Source of the DNA: Escherichia coli
Lineage (GTDB): Bacteria; Pseudomonadota; Gammaproteobacteria; Enterobacterales; Enterobacteriaceae
NCBI RefSeq assembly: GCF_017348835.2
Contig: NZ_CP071375.1
Length of the DNA: 64,000 bases
Direction: 5' to 3' (one strand)
Part shown: positions 34,303 to 45,725 of the stretch, piece after piece
Layout of the letters: every line of letters begins with the position of its first letter
Position numbering within the stretch: position 1 is the stretch's first letter
The notes under the pieces: generated by a model
The model's input: the letters and a program-made list of their open reading frames with translations, nothing else
What the model was told of the DNA's origin: nothing
Database searches by the model: none
Translations under genes and position numbers: made by a program

Positions 34303-34922
34303 AACTCGCCCTTTGTCATAGACGTGCTGCGTATTGTTCAGATAATGAGAATCCATTTGTATCATGAAGCACGGTTGTTTTGCGGTAGGTTAAGATCAAA
34401 ATTGCGCTGATTAATCCTGGTTATCGGGACAAGCTCGGTGATAAAAAGCGAATTATCTCTCGCCGCAAACAAACTATCACATGAATATTATCACTATAAT
34501 GAATTTATTGTTTTAGCCTTTACGGGTCAGGATAATAGATAGCTGGGCGCGTTTTTTAGTGTTAACAAGTTAAAATCATCAGATTTTATTGAATAAATAT
34601 TGATTGTGTGATTCCCGCATTCTGCGGGAAGGGATATCATTTAATTATAAATTAAATGAATGTGATTTCTGTTTTTCATTAAGTATTTCTAACAACTTAA
34701 TGTAGATATTTTAAATGTCTCCAGGCTATTTCACCAGGTTATCATTTGATGCTAACCTTCTGACACATGCAGTGGAGTTGTTGTGCAGCAGGAGTATGCT
34801 GATATGAAAGTGAATGCTAAGGATAATTTATTCGCTTAATCTATTAATTTGCTGGAAACATTTAAGGAATGAATATCCTGAATAAACCATCATAATTTTT
34901 AGACAGTGGATGTGGAGGAAAT

Positions 34923-35648
34923 ATGTTGCCAGGATGCTGCAAAAATGGAATTGTTATCAGTAAAATACCTGTTATGCAAGCAGGGTTAAAAGAGGTCATG
35001 AGGACTCACTTCCCTGAATATGAAATAATATCCAGCGCCTCTGCGGAGGACCTTACCTTATTACAATTACGTCGTTCCGGATTAGTCATTGCTGATTTAG
35101 CCGGTGAAAGTGAAGATCCACGTTCTGTTTGTGAACATTATTATTCTTTAATCTCACAATATCGGGAAATTCACTGGGTTTTCATGGTGTCACGCTCCTG
35201 GTATTCCCAGGCAGTAGAATTGCTCATGTGCCCTACGGCGACGTTATTGTCTGATGTTGAACCCATTGAGAATCTGGTCAAGACCGTACGTTCCGGCAAT
35301 ACGCACGCAGAGCGTATCAGCGCCATGCTGACCTCCCCGGCAATGACTGAAACTCATGATTTTAGCTATCGCTCCGTCATTCTCACTCTTTCAGAGCGCA
35401 AGGTACTGCGGCTATTAGGTAAAGGATGGGGCATCAACCAGATAGCTTCATTACTTAAGAAAAGTAATAAAACTATCAGCGCCCAAAAAAACAGTGCGAT
35501 GCGTCGACTGGCAATTCACAGCAACGCTGAAATGTATGCATGGATAAATAGCGCGCAGGGTGCAAGAGAACTTAACTTGCCTTCTGTTTATGGAGATGCC
35601 GCAGAATGGAACACAGCCGAATTAAGAAGAGAAATGTCGCACTCATAG
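34923..35648 (+). CDS. yjjQ: LuxR/FixJ-type transcriptional regulator YjjQ
   Basis: 241 aa with C-terminal LuxR HTH; overlaps bglJ start. Confidence 0.88.
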
Positions 35649-36283
35649 AAAAATGCGTCATGAGTAGTATCGGTATTGAGAGTTTATTCAGAAAGTTTGC
35701 GGGCAACCCTTATAAGCTCCATACCTATACCAGTCAGGAGTCATTTCAGGATGCCATGTCGCGGATCTCGTTTGCGGCGGTCATTTTTTCTTTTTCTGCC
35801 ATGAGAAGTGAGCGCAGAGAGGGATTATCTTGCCTGACTGAACTGGCGATTAAGTTTCCGCGTACCCGGCGTTTAGTTATTGCGGATGATGATATTGAAG
35901 CTCGGCTGATTGGTTCATTGTCGCCATCACCGCTGGACGGTGTATTAAGTAAAGCGTCAACGCTGGAGATTTTTCATCAGGAACTCTTTTTGTCATTAAA
36001 TGGTGTACGTCAGGCGACCGACCGACTGAACAATCAGTGGTACATTAACCAAAGCCGGACGTTAAGCCCGACGGAGAGAGAAATATTGCGCTTTATGTCG
36101 CGTGGCTACTCAATGACACAAATTGCCGAGCAGCTTAAACGCAATATCAAAACGATCCGTGCACATAAATTTAATGTGATGTCGAAACTGGGCGTCAGTT
36201 CTGACGCAGGGTTGTTGGAGGCCGCAGATATTCTGTTATGTATGCGGCATTGCGAAACAAGTAATGTGTTGCATCCATATTAA
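35606..36283 (+). CDS. bglJ: LuxR-type transcriptional activator BglJ
   Basis: 225 aa [47 protein letters not shown]... Confidence 0.9.
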
Positions 36284-36320
36284 TCCGCATGATGCCGGGT
36301 TTACTTCCCCGGCAGTGCTT

Positions 36321-37109
36321 TCATTTCAGCGTACAATCGCCACATTGCTGCACATCCGGTAAGCGATAACGCTGGCAGCAAGTGCGGCGCACCAGCAGGC
36401 CGTCGCGTAGCACCACGGTACGCCAGAGTGGATTATCTTCACCGGTAGTAAGCGTTTTCTCAAAAAAGAGGGCATGGCGCAGCGATTCAACCGTCGCCTC
36501 GCCGAGCAGTTGCTTCATCTCAGTGAGATACCAGTTGATCAAATAACCGGTATTACTCCAGATAAGTTTGCCGTTGATCTCTCCGGTCGCTTCTAGTGCC
36601 TGCACAACCGGAACCAGCGCCTGGCTGATTAACGTTTCCATTCGCTGCTGCGGCGAATGTGGTGTTGCGTTTTTATCTTCACACACATCGACCCAGAAAC
36701 AGGCGACGCGTCCGGTTTCGTGAAACTCAGCATGGAAATGTTCCGGCGACACATCTAATGCTTTTTCCTGCGTCAGTAGCGCCAGCATTAATGGTGGCAC
36801 CATCAGGCCGATATACCATTGTGCCCATAGTGAGATCAGCGGCTTGTTCTCGCGGATCATCGTTGGTTGGTTGCGATAGATATGATCGGAATAGACCGCG
36901 AGTAGAGAACTTAGCGCATTCGGTGATGACCATTGCGCCAGCGTCATGGCGTTAAGCGGAGCGGGTTCATCCAGGCGGATAAACTCGAGCAAATGTTCAC
37001 GATGTTTGGCGATCATCGCCCGTACGGCTTGTGCAAGCCCAGCATCCTGCGGCTGGAGATGTGTTCGCCAGATGACATCTTCATAGAGCGGTGCGGAACG
37101 ATAGGCCAT
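36321..37109 (-). CDS. fhuF: ferric-siderophore reductase FhuF (2Fe-2S, C-terminal CCxxxCxxC)
   Basis: 262 aa; ends ...RRTCCQRYRLPDVQQCGDCTLK. Confidence 0.92.
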   Translation of the reverse strand: MAYRSAPLYEDVIWRTHLQPQDAGLAQAVRAMIAKHREHLLEFIRLDEPAPLNAMTLAQWSSPNALSSLLAVYSDHIYRNQPTMIRENKPLISLWAQWYIGLMVPPLMLALLTQEKALDVSPEHFHAEFHETGRVACFWVDVCEDKNATPHSPQQRMETLISQALVPVVQALEATGEINGKLIWSNTGYLINWYLTEMKQLLGEATVESLRHALFFEKTLTTGEDNPLWRTVVLRDGLLVRRTCCQRYRLPDVQQCGDCTLK

Positions 37110-37124
37110 AATCGGGATAGTAAT

Positions 37125-37235
37125 CTAAATGATAATGATTGCTAATCCTAGTGATGGGTTTACCCGATAGCAAGGGATTTCTCTGGCTTGCAAATGATAA
37201 AAATTATCATATGATATTGGTTATCATTATCAATG
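37125..37235. promoter_or_regulatory. divergent fhuF/yjjZ promoter region with Fur-box-like repeats
   Basis: gataatgattgctaatc and aatgataaaaattatcat...ttatcattatc resemble the Fur consensus GATAATGATAATCATTATC. Confidence 0.6.
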
Positions 37236-37249
37236 AAAGAGATGAAACC

Positions 37250-37486
37250 ATGTTGCAACGTACGCTGGGCAGTGGCTGGGGAGTGTTGCTGCCGGGATTG
37301 CTGATTGCAGGGCTGATGTATGCGGATTTATCGCCGGATCAGTGGCGGATTGTCATTCTGATGGGATTAGTATTGACGCCGATGATGCTGTATCACAAAC
37401 AGTTGCGGCATTACATTTTGCTACCATCGTGCCTGGCGCTTATTGCTGGCATCATGCTGATGATAATGAATTTGAGGCAGGGATGA
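37250..37486 (+). CDS. yjjZ: DUF1435 small membrane protein YjjZ
   Basis: 78 aa from MLQRTLGSGWGVLLPGLLIAGLMYADLSPDQWRIVILMGLVLTPMML... Confidence 0.8.
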   Translation: MLQRTLGSGWGVLLPGLLIAGLMYADLSPDQWRIVILMGLVLTPMMLYHKQLRHYILLPSCLALIAGIMLMIMNLRQG

Positions 37487-37524
37487 TAAAACAGGGAAGC
37501 AACAAGAAAGGAAGTAAAGATAAT

Positions 37525-37611
37525 TGGTGCGAGGGGGGGGACTTGAACCCCCACGTCCGTAAGGACACTAACACCTGAAGCTAGCGCGTCTACCAATTCC
37601 GCCACCTTCGC
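37525..37611 (-). tRNA. leuV: tRNA-Leu (anticodon CAG)
   Basis: Reverse complement reads GCGAAGGTGGCGGAATTGGTAGACGCGCTAGCTTCAGGTGTTAGTGTCCTTACGGACGTGGGGGTTCAAGTCCCCCCCCTCGCACCA, 87 nt. Confidence 0.95.
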
Positions 37612-37644
37612 ACAGTCATCTTACTTTTTTGATATCGCCTCGTT

Positions 37645-37731
37645 TGGTGCGAGGGGGGGGACTTGAACCCCCACGTCCGTAAGAACACTAACACCTGAAG
37701 CTAGCGCGTCTACCAATTCCGCCACCTTCGC
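37645..37731 (-). tRNA. leuP: tRNA-Leu (anticodon CAG), one-base variant in the variable arm
   Basis: Identical to the flanking copies except window position 37684 (C to U in tRNA sense, retaining a U-G wobble pair). Confidence 0.93.
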
Positions 37732-37759
37732 CCAGTGCGAGCAATATCAACGTGGTTTT

Positions 37760-37846
37760 TGGTGCGAGGGGGGGGACTTGAACCCCCACGTCCGTAAGGA
37801 CACTAACACCTGAAGCTAGCGCGTCTACCAATTCCGCCACCTTCGC
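37760..37846 (-). tRNA. leuQ: tRNA-Leu (anticodon CAG)
   Basis: Same 87-nt sequence as the copy at 37525..37611. Confidence 0.95.
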
Positions 37847-37984
37847 ATACCATCAATTCTTAAAAAGAATTGCTACCACGGAGGCGCATTCTAGTGGTTT
37901 TCAGCTTTTCGTCAATAGTTAATTATCGCCGGAGGTGTAATTGCTGGAAAAATGTCCATCAGGAAACTAGCGTGCAGGTTTGGT

Positions 37985-38095
<111 letters not shown>

Positions 38096-38113
38096 CGGTA
38101 TTCGGCGAGATAA

Positions 38114-39145
38114 TTAACCTTTCTTCGCCTGGCGGGTCATAATGGCGCGATACACCTTGAAGCGCCCTGTTTGCGCGATCACTTCGTGGAAGCCAAATGT
38201 CTCATCCAGCACGTCCGGATAAGGCAGGAAGGCGTTCGCTACAATTCGCAGCTCGCCGCCGCTATTAAGATGACGCACCGCGCCGCGAATCAGCGTTTGC
38301 GCCGCATCCAGGCTGGTTTGCATCCCATCGTGGAACGGCGGGTTGGAGATGATCATATCAAAACGACCTTTCACCTCGGAAAAGACGTTGCTGGCAAAGA
38401 CTTCACCTTCAACGCCGTTGGCGGCAAGTGTTGCGCGGCTGGCTTCTACCGCCGGGGCAGAGACATCGCACAAGGTGAGACGAATTTTCGGCGAATGGCG
38501 CGCAAAGGCAACTGAAAGCACACCCGCGCCACAGCCGACATCCAGCACTTTACCTTTCGTGTGCGGAGTTAACGTTGAGAGCAGCAACTGGCTACCGACA
38601 TCCAGACCGTCGCGGCTAAACACGCCAGGCAGCGTTTTGACCGTCAGGCCATCGACGCTGTATTCGCCCCAGAATTTATCCGCATCAAATACTGGCTGTT
38701 TTTCCAGACGACCAAAATAGAGTCCACAGCGACGGGCGCTGTCGACTTTATTCAACGGCGCATAATCTGCCAGCATCTGCTCGGCGCTGCGCACGCCGCT
38801 GCGGTTCTCGCCAACGACAAAAATATCTGTCCCCACTGGCAGCAGAGAAAGTAAATTCATCAACTGGAACTGGGCTTCCGGTTTGTTCTTCGGCCAGTAG
38901 TAAATCAGCGTATCGCAATCTGCGACGTCATCCGCCGTGGCGACCAGACTGAAACGGGCGTTATCCCCCATCTGGCGGCTTAATACCTGCCAGTGGTGGA
39001 ATTGCTGGGTATGAGCACGGCTGGCCGCGGTATCTAAACGCGCGGGCAGGTCATCCTGTAAGTCTCCGGCAAACAGAATACGGCTTTGTTCGAAATCATC
39101 ACTGTGACGCAGCAAGACTTCACTTGCCGGGGTAAATGCAGACAT
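38114..39145 (-). CDS. rsmC: 16S rRNA (guanine1207-N2)-methyltransferase
   Basis: 343 aa with SAM-binding motif [11 protein letters not shown]. Confidence 0.92.
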   Translation of the reverse strand: MSAFTPASEVLLRHSDDFEQSRILFAGDLQDDLPARLDTAASRAHTQQFHHWQVLSRQMGDNARFSLVATADDVADCDTLIYYWPKNKPEAQFQLMNLLSLLPVGTDIFVVGENRSGVRSAEQMLADYAPLNKVDSARRCGLYFGRLEKQPVFDADKFWGEYSVDGLTVKTLPGVFSRDGLDVGSQLLLSTLTPHTKGKVLDVGCGAGVLSVAFARHSPKIRLTLCDVSAPAVEASRATLAANGVEGEVFASNVFSEVKGRFDMIISNPPFHDGMQTSLDAAQTLIRGAVRHLNSGGELRIVANAFLPYPDVLDETFGFHEVIAQTGRFKVYRAIMTRQAKKG

Positions 39146-39247
39146 GGAATGCTCCTCAATTGATACTGGCGGCGATTATAGCCATATGTTGGCGCGGTAT
39201 CGACGAATTTGCTATATTTGCGCCCCTGACAACAGGAGCGATTCGCT

Positions 39248-39661
39248 ATGACATCCCGACGAGACTGGCAGTTACAGCAACTGGGCATTACCCAGTGGTC
39301 GCTGCGTCGCCCTGGCGCGTTGCAGGGGGAGATTGCCATTGCGATCCCGGCACACGTCCGTCTGGTGATGGTGGCAAACGATCTTCCCGCCCTGACTGAT
39401 CCTTTAGTGAGCGATGTTCTGCGCGCATTAACCGTCAGCCCAGATCAAGTGCTGCAACTGACGCCAGAAAAAATCGCGATGCTGCCGCAAGGCAGTCGCT
39501 GCAACAGCTGGCGGTTGGGTACTGACGAACCGCTATCATTGGAAGGCGCTCAGGTGGCATCACCGGCGCTCACCGAATTACGGGCAAACCCAACGGCACG
39601 CGCCGCGTTATGGCAACAAATTTGCACATATGAACATGATTTCTTCCCTCGAAACGACTGA
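39248..39661 (+). CDS. holD: DNA polymerase III psi subunit
   Basis: 137 aa MTSRRDWQLQQLGITQWSLRRPGALQGEIAIAIPAHVRLVMV... Confidence 0.92.
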   Translation: MTSRRDWQLQQLGITQWSLRRPGALQGEIAIAIPAHVRLVMVANDLPALTDPLVSDVLRALTVSPDQVLQLTPEKIAMLPQGSRCNSWRLGTDEPLSLEGAQVASPALTELRANPTARAALWQQICTYEHDFFPRND

Positions 39662-40076
39662 TTTACCAGCGGCTTACCATATTGAACAACGCGCCCACGC
39701 CTTTCCGTGGAGTGAAAAAACCTTTGCCAGCAACCAGGGCGAGCGTTATCTCAACTTTCAGTTAACGCAAAACGGCAAAATGGCGGCGTTTGCGATTACG
39801 CAAGTGGTGCTGGATGAAGCTACATTGTTCAATATTGCGGTCGATCCTGACTATCAGCGTCAGGGATTGGGAAGGGCGCTGCTGGAACATCTGATCGACG
39901 AACTGGAAAAACGCGGCGTGGCGACACTATGGCTGGAAGTCCGTGCTTCAAACGCTGCCGCCATTGCCCTGTACGAAAGTTTAGGCTTTAACGAGGCGAC
40001 GATTCGCCGCAATTACTACCCCACCACGGACGGTCGCGAAGACGCCATCATCATGGCGTTGCCAATCAGTATGTAA
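39630..40076 (+). CDS. rimI: ribosomal protein S18 alanine N-acetyltransferase
   Basis: 148 aa GNAT fold; overlaps the holD 3' end. Confidence 0.92.
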
Positions 40077-40090
40077 GACAAGGTGGAATA

Positions 40091-40768
40091 ATGAAGTGGG
40101 ACTGGATTTTCTTTGATGCCGATGAAACGCTGTTTACCTTTGACTCATTCACCGGCCTGCAGCGGATGTTTCTTGATTACAGCGTCACCTTTACCGCTGA
40201 AGATTTTCAGGACTATCAGGCCGTTAACAAGCCACTGTGGGTGGATTATCAAAACGGCGCGATCACTTCATTACAGCTTCAGCACGGGCGGTTTGAGAGC
40301 TGGGCCGAACGGCTGAACGTCGAGCCGGGTAAACTCAACGAAGCCTTTATTAATGCGATGGCGGAAATCTGCACGCCGCTGCCGGGCGCGGTTTCTCTGC
40401 TTAACGCCATTCGTGGCAACGCCAAAATCGGCATCATCACCAACGGCTTTAGTGCCTTGCAACAGGTGCGTCTGGAACGCACGGGCCTGCGTGATTACTT
40501 CGATTTGCTGGTGATTTCCGAAGAAGTTGGCGTTGCCAAACCGAATAAGAAAATTTTCGATTATGCGCTGGAACAGGCGGGCAATCCTGACCGTTCACGC
40601 GTGCTGATGGTTGGCGACACTGCCGAGTCCGATATTCTCGGTGGCATCAACGCCGGGCTTGCGACCTGCTGGCTGAATGCGCACCATCGCGAGCAACCAG
40701 AAGGCATCGCACCCACCTGGACCGTTTCTTCGTTGCACGAACTGGAGCAGCTCCTGTGTAAACACTGA
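40091..40768 (+). CDS. yjjG: HAD-family pyrimidine 5'-nucleotidase
   Basis: 225 aa [20 protein letters not shown]... with DxD HAD motif. Confidence 0.9.
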
Positions 40769-40858
40769 TTGCCTCCCCCCCGTTGATGGGTAAAATAGCC
40801 GCAATTTTTCGTTTTCAACAAGCGCGGCGCGATGCCGCTTACTCAAGAAGAAAGAATT

Positions 40859-42448
40859 ATGACGTTGTCTCCTTATTTGCAAGAGGTGGCGAAGCGCCGC
40901 ACTTTTGCCATTATTTCTCACCCGGACGCCGGTAAAACTACCATCACCGAGAAGGTGCTGCTGTTCGGACAGGCCATTCAGACCGCCGGTACAGTAAAAG
41001 GCCGTGGTTCCAACCAGCACGCTAAGTCGGACTGGATGGAGATGGAAAAGCAGCGTGGGATCTCCATTACTACGTCTGTGATGCAGTTTCCGTATCACGA
41101 TTGCCTGGTTAACCTGCTCGACACCCCGGGGCACGAAGACTTCTCGGAAGATACCTATCGTACCCTGACGGCGGTGGACTGCTGCCTGATGGTTATCGAC
41201 GCCGCAAAAGGTGTAGAAGATCGTACCCGTAAGCTGATGGAAGTTACCCGTCTGCGCGACACGCCGATCCTCACCTTTATGAACAAACTTGACCGTGATA
41301 TCCGCGACCCGATGGAACTGCTCGATGAAGTTGAGAACGAGCTGAAAATCGGCTGCGCACCGATCACCTGGCCGATTGGCTGCGGCAAGCTGTTTAAAGG
41401 CGTTTACCACCTTTATAAAGATGAAACCTATCTCTATCAGAGCGGTAAAGGTCACACCATTCAGGAAGTCCGCATTGTTAAAGGGCTGAATAACCCGGAT
41501 CTCGATGCTGCGGTTGGTGAAGATCTGGCACAGCAACTGCGTGACGAACTGGAACTGGTTAAAGGCGCGTCTAACGAGTTCGACAAAGAGCTATTCCTTG
41601 CGGGCGAAATCACCCCGGTATTCTTCGGTACTGCGCTGGGTAACTTCGGCGTCGATCATATGCTGGATGGCCTGGTGGAGTGGGCGCCTGCGCCGATGCC
41701 GCGTCAGACCGATACCCGTACCGTAGAAGCGAGCGAAGATAAATTTACCGGCTTCGTATTTAAAATTCAGGCCAACATGGACCCGAAACACCGCGACCGC
41801 GTGGCGTTTATGCGTGTGGTGTCCGGTAAATATGAAAAAGGCATGAAGCTGCGCCAGGTGCGCACTGCGAAAGATGTGGTGATCTCCGACGCGCTGACCT
41901 TTATGGCGGGTGACCGTTCGCACGTTGAAGAAGCGTATCCTGGCGATATCCTTGGTCTGCACAACCACGGCACCATTCAGATCGGCGACACCTTTACCCA
42001 GGGTGAGATGATGAAGTTCACCGGTATTCCGAACTTCGCGCCAGAACTGTTCCGTCGTATCCGTCTGAAAGATCCGCTGAAGCAAAAACAGCTGCTCAAA
42101 GGGCTGGTACAGCTTTCCGAAGAGGGCGCGGTGCAGGTGTTCCGTCCGATCTCCAACAACGATCTGATCGTTGGTGCAGTTGGTGTGCTGCAGTTTGATG
42201 TGGTGGTAGCGCGCCTGAAGAGCGAATACAACGTTGAAGCAGTGTATGAGTCAGTCAACGTTGCCACTGCCCGCTGGGTAGAATGTGCGGACGCGAAGAA
42301 ATTCGAAGAGTTCAAGCGTAAGAACGAAAGCCAACTGGCGCTTGATGGCGGCGATAATCTCGCTTACATCGCTACCAGCATGGTTAACCTGCGCCTGGCG
42401 CAGGAACGTTATCCGGACGTTCAGTTCCACCAGACCCGCGAGCATTAA
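40859..42448 (+). CDS. prfC: peptide chain release factor 3 (GTPase)
   Basis: 529 aa from [41 protein letters not shown]... Confidence 0.95.
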
Positions 42449-42460
42449 TTCTTGCCTCCA

Positions 42461-42482
42461 GGGCGCGGCAACCGCCGCGCCC
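42461..42482 (+). terminator. rho-independent terminator after prfC
   Basis: gggcgcggcaaccgccgcgccc hairpin. Confidence 0.55.
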
Positions 42483-42840
42483 TGTCAATTTCCCTTCCTT
42501 ATTAGCCGCTTACGGAATGTTCTTAAAACATTCACTTTTGCTTATGTTTTCGCTGATATCCCGAGCGGTTTCAAAATTGTGATCTATATTTAACAAAGTA
42601 ATGACATTTCTGACGGCGTTAAATACCGTTCAATGCGTAGATATCAGTATCTAAAGCCGTCGATTGTCATTCTACCGATATTAATAACTGATTCAGAGGC
42701 TGTAATGGTCGTTATTCATCACCCATCGCTTTTGTGATGGCGACCATTGACTTCTGTAGAGGGTGAAGTCTCTCCCTATTCAGCAATGCAACCTCGTGTT
42801 GCCAGGCTCAAATTATGAGCAAACATACAGGAATAAATCG

Positions 42841-43446
42841 ATGACTATGACAAGACTGAAGATTTCGAAAACTCTGCTGGCTGTAATGTTGACCTCTGCC
42901 GTCGCGACCGGCTCTGCCTACGCGGAAAACAACGCACAGACTACCAATGAAAGCGCAGGGCAAAAAGTCGATAGCTCTATGAATAAAGTCGGTAATTTCA
43001 TGGATGACAGCGCCATCACCGCGAAAGTGAAGGCGGCGCTGGTGGATCATGACAACATCAAGAGCACCGATATCTCTGTCAAAACCGATCAAAAAGTCGT
43101 GACCCTGAGCGGTTTCGTTGAAAGCCAGGCCCAGGCCGAAGAGGCAGTGAAAGTGGCGAAAGGCGTTGAAGGCGTGACCTCTGTGAGCGACAAACTGCAC
43201 GTTCGCGACGCTAAAGAAGGCTCGGTGAAGGGCTACGCGGGTGACACCGCCACCACCAGTGAAATCAAAGCCAAACTGCTGGCGGACGATATCGTCCCTT
43301 CCCGTCATGTGAAAGTTGAAACCACCGACGGCGTGGTTCAGCTCTCCGGTACCGTAGATTCTCAGGCACAAAGTGACCGTGCTGAAAGTATCGCCAAAGC
43401 GGTAGATGGTGTGAAAAGCGTTAAAAATGATCTGAAAACTAAGTAA
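42841..43446 (+). CDS. osmY: osmotically inducible periplasmic protein with two BON domains
   Basis: 201 aa from [44 protein letters not shown]... Confidence 0.92.
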
Positions 43447-43461
43447 TTCGTCGTAATTCGC

Positions 43462-43483
43462 CCTCCCGAACTTTGTCGGGAGG
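43462..43483 (+). terminator. rho-independent terminator after osmY
   Basis: cctcccgaa-ctttg-tcgggagg hairpin. Confidence 0.55.
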
Positions 43484-43572
43484 CGCGATGTGCACCACAC
43501 TAAAAATATCGCATTGAGTGATTTTCACGCTCATATCAAGCGGTGACATTAACTATGGTAAAGGAGACGCTT

Positions 43573-43734
43573 ATGTTTCGTTGGGGCATCATATTTCTGG
43601 TTATCGCGTTAATCGCCGCCGCACTTGGGTTTGGTGGTCTGGCCGGTACCGCTGCAGGCGCAGCTAAAATTGTCTTTGTCGTCGGGATTATTCTGTTCCT
43701 GGTGAGTTTGTTCATGGGCCGAAAACGACCCTAG
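43573..43734 (+). CDS. ytjA: UPF0391/DUF1328 small membrane protein
   Basis: 53 aa [53 protein letters not shown]. Confidence 0.8.
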
Positions 43735-43765
43735 ATTTCAGACCATTAAGAAAATTTTATCCAAA

Positions 43766-43784
43766 GCCAGTCCAGCGGACTGGC
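43766..43784 (+). terminator. rho-independent terminator after ytjA
   Basis: gccagtccagcggactggc followed by ttttg. Confidence 0.5.
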
Positions 43785-43855
43785 TTTTGCGGTTTTAGCG
43801 AATAATAAATTGCGTTACTTTGTCATTCTTTCACGACAAAAACAGGAAGGCAGAG

Positions 43856-44929
43856 GTGGGGCAGCGAATACCTGTAACGCTTGGTAATATTGCGCCGTTG
43901 TCGCTAAGGCCGTTCCAGCCTGGACGAATAGCTCTGGTGTGCGAAGGCGGCGGACAGCGTGGAATTTTCACGGCTGGCGTGCTGGATGAGTTTATGCGCG
44001 CGCAGTTTAATCCTTTCGATCTTTATCTCGGCACATCTGCCGGGGCGCAGAACCTCTCGGCGTTTATCTGCAATCAGCCCGGTTACGCGCGCAAAGTCAT
44101 CATGCGCTATACCACAAAACGCGAATTTTTCGATCCATTGCGCTTTGTCCGTGGAGGAAATCTTATCGATCTCGACTGGCTGGTGGAAGCCACCGCAAGC
44201 CAGATGCCGTTGCAAATGGATACCGCCGCGCGGTTGTTTGACAGCGGCAAATCGTTTTATATGTGCGCCTGTCGTCAGGATGACTACGCGCCGAATTACT
44301 TTTTACCAACCAAACAAAACTGGCTGGATGTGATTCGCGCCTCCAGTGCGATACCTGGCTTTTATCGTAGCGGAGTGTCGCTGGAAGGCATTAACTACCT
44401 GGATGGCGGGATCAGTGATGCGATTCCGGTTAAAGAGGCGGCAAGACAGGGCGCTAAAACGTTGGTCGTCATCCGCACAGTGCCGTCACAAATGTACTAC
44501 ACGCCGCAGTGGTTCAAACGCATGGAACGCTGGCTGGGTGACAGTAGCCTGCAGCCGCTGGTCAATCTGGTGCAGCATCATGAAACCAGCTATCGTGACA
44601 TTCAGCAATTTATTGAGAAACCACCGGGCAAGCTGCGGATATTCGAAATTTATCCGCCGAAGCCATTACATAGTATCGCGCTTGGCAGTCGGATTCCGGC
44701 GCTGCGTGAAGACTATAAACTTGGGCGTTTATGCGGTCGTTATTTCCTCGCCACGGTTGGCAAGCTATTAACTGAAAAAGCGCCGCTTACCCGCCATCTG
44801 GTGCCAGTGGTGACGCCGGAATCGATCGTTATTCCGCCTGCGCCAGTCGCCAACGATACGCTGGTTGCCGAAGTGAGCGATGCTCCGCAGGCGAACGACC
44901 CGACATTTAACAATGAGGATCTGGCTTGA
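43856..44929 (+). CDS. yjjU: patatin-like phospholipase
   Basis: 357 aa from GTG at 43856; GGGxRG and GTSAG patatin motifs. Confidence 0.85.
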   Translation: MGQRIPVTLGNIAPLSLRPFQPGRIALVCEGGGQRGIFTAGVLDEFMRAQFNPFDLYLGTSAGAQNLSAFICNQPGYARKVIMRYTTKREFFDPLRFVRGGNLIDLDWLVEATASQMPLQMDTAARLFDSGKSFYMCACRQDDYAPNYFLPTKQNWLDVIRASSAIPGFYRSGVSLEGINYLDGGISDAIPVKEAARQGAKTLVVIRTVPSQMYYTPQWFKRMERWLGDSSLQPLVNLVQHHETSYRDIQQFIEKPPGKLRIFEIYPPKPLHSIALGSRIPALREDYKLGRLCGRYFLATVGKLLTEKAPLTRHLVPVVTPESIVIPPAPVANDTLVAEVSDAPQANDPTFNNEDLA

Positions 44930-45708
44930 TTTGCCGTTTTATCGATACCCACTGCCATTTTGATTTCCCTCCGTTTAGTGGCGATGAAGAGGCCAGCCTG
45001 CAACGCGCGGCACAAGCGGGCGTAGGCAAGATCATTGTTCCGGCGACAGAGGCGGAAAATTTTGCCCGTGTGTTGGCATTAGCGGAAAATTATCAACCGC
45101 TGTATGCCGCATTGGGCTTGCATCCTGGTATGTTGGAAAAACATAGCGATGTGTCTCTTGAGCAGCTACAGCAGGCGCTGGAAAGGCGTCCGGCGAAGGT
45201 GGTGGCGGTGGGGGAGGTCGGTCTGGATCTCTTCGGCGACGATCCGCAATTTGAGAGGCAGCAGTGGTTACTCGACGAACAACTGAAACTGGCGAAACGC
45301 TACGATCTGCCGGTGATCCTGCATTCACGGCGCACACACGACAAACTGGCGATGCATCTTAAACGCCACGATTTGCCGCGTGCTGGTGTTGTCCACGGAT
45401 TTTCTGGCAGCCAGCAACAGGCTGAACGGTTTGTACAGCTGGGCTACAAAATCGGCGTAGGCAGTACTATCACCTATCCACGCGCCAGTAAAACCCGCGA
45501 TGTCATCGCAAAATTACCGCTGGCATCGTTGTTGCTGGAAACCGACGCGCCGGATATGCCGCTCAACGGCTTTCAGGGGCAGCCTAACCGCCCGGAACAG
45601 GCTGCGCGGGTGTTTGACGTGCTTTGCGAGTTACGCCCGGAACCCGCGGATGAGATTGCCGAAGTGTTGCTTAATAATACGTATGCGGTGTTTAGCGTTA
45701 GTGGGTAG
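44926..45708 (+). CDS. yjjV: TatD-family metal-dependent DNase
   Basis: 260 aa MICRFIDTHCHFDFPPF... Confidence 0.88.
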   Translation: MICRFIDTHCHFDFPPFSGDEEASLQRAAQAGVGKIIVPATEAENFARVLALAENYQPLYAALGLHPGMLEKHSDVSLEQLQQALERRPAKVVAVGEVGLDLFGDDPQFERQQWLLDEQLKLAKRYDLPVILHSRRTHDKLAMHLKRHDLPRAGVVHGFSGSQQQAERFVQLGYKIGVGSTITYPRASKTRDVIAKLPLASLLLETDAPDMPLNGFQGQPNRPEQAARVFDVLCELRPEPADEIAEVLLNNTYAVFSVSG

Positions 45709-45725
45709 TTTGCCCTTCGTAGGCA

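Noticed and set aside
37531-37541. G8/C8 homopolymer inside each tRNA-Leu gene as a possible error hotspot
   Set aside because: This run is the normal T-stem and acceptor sequence of tRNA-Leu(CAG) and is identical in all three copies.
37525-37846. Possible integrated element or integrase at the tRNA-Leu cluster
   Set aside because: The flanking genes (yjjZ, fhuF on one side, rsmC on the other) are the native neighbours and no integrase, direct-repeat att duplication or foreign genes are present.
40595-41536. 313-aa ORF on the reverse strand
   Set aside because: Antisense to the yjjG 3' end and prfC; no start context or family resemblance.
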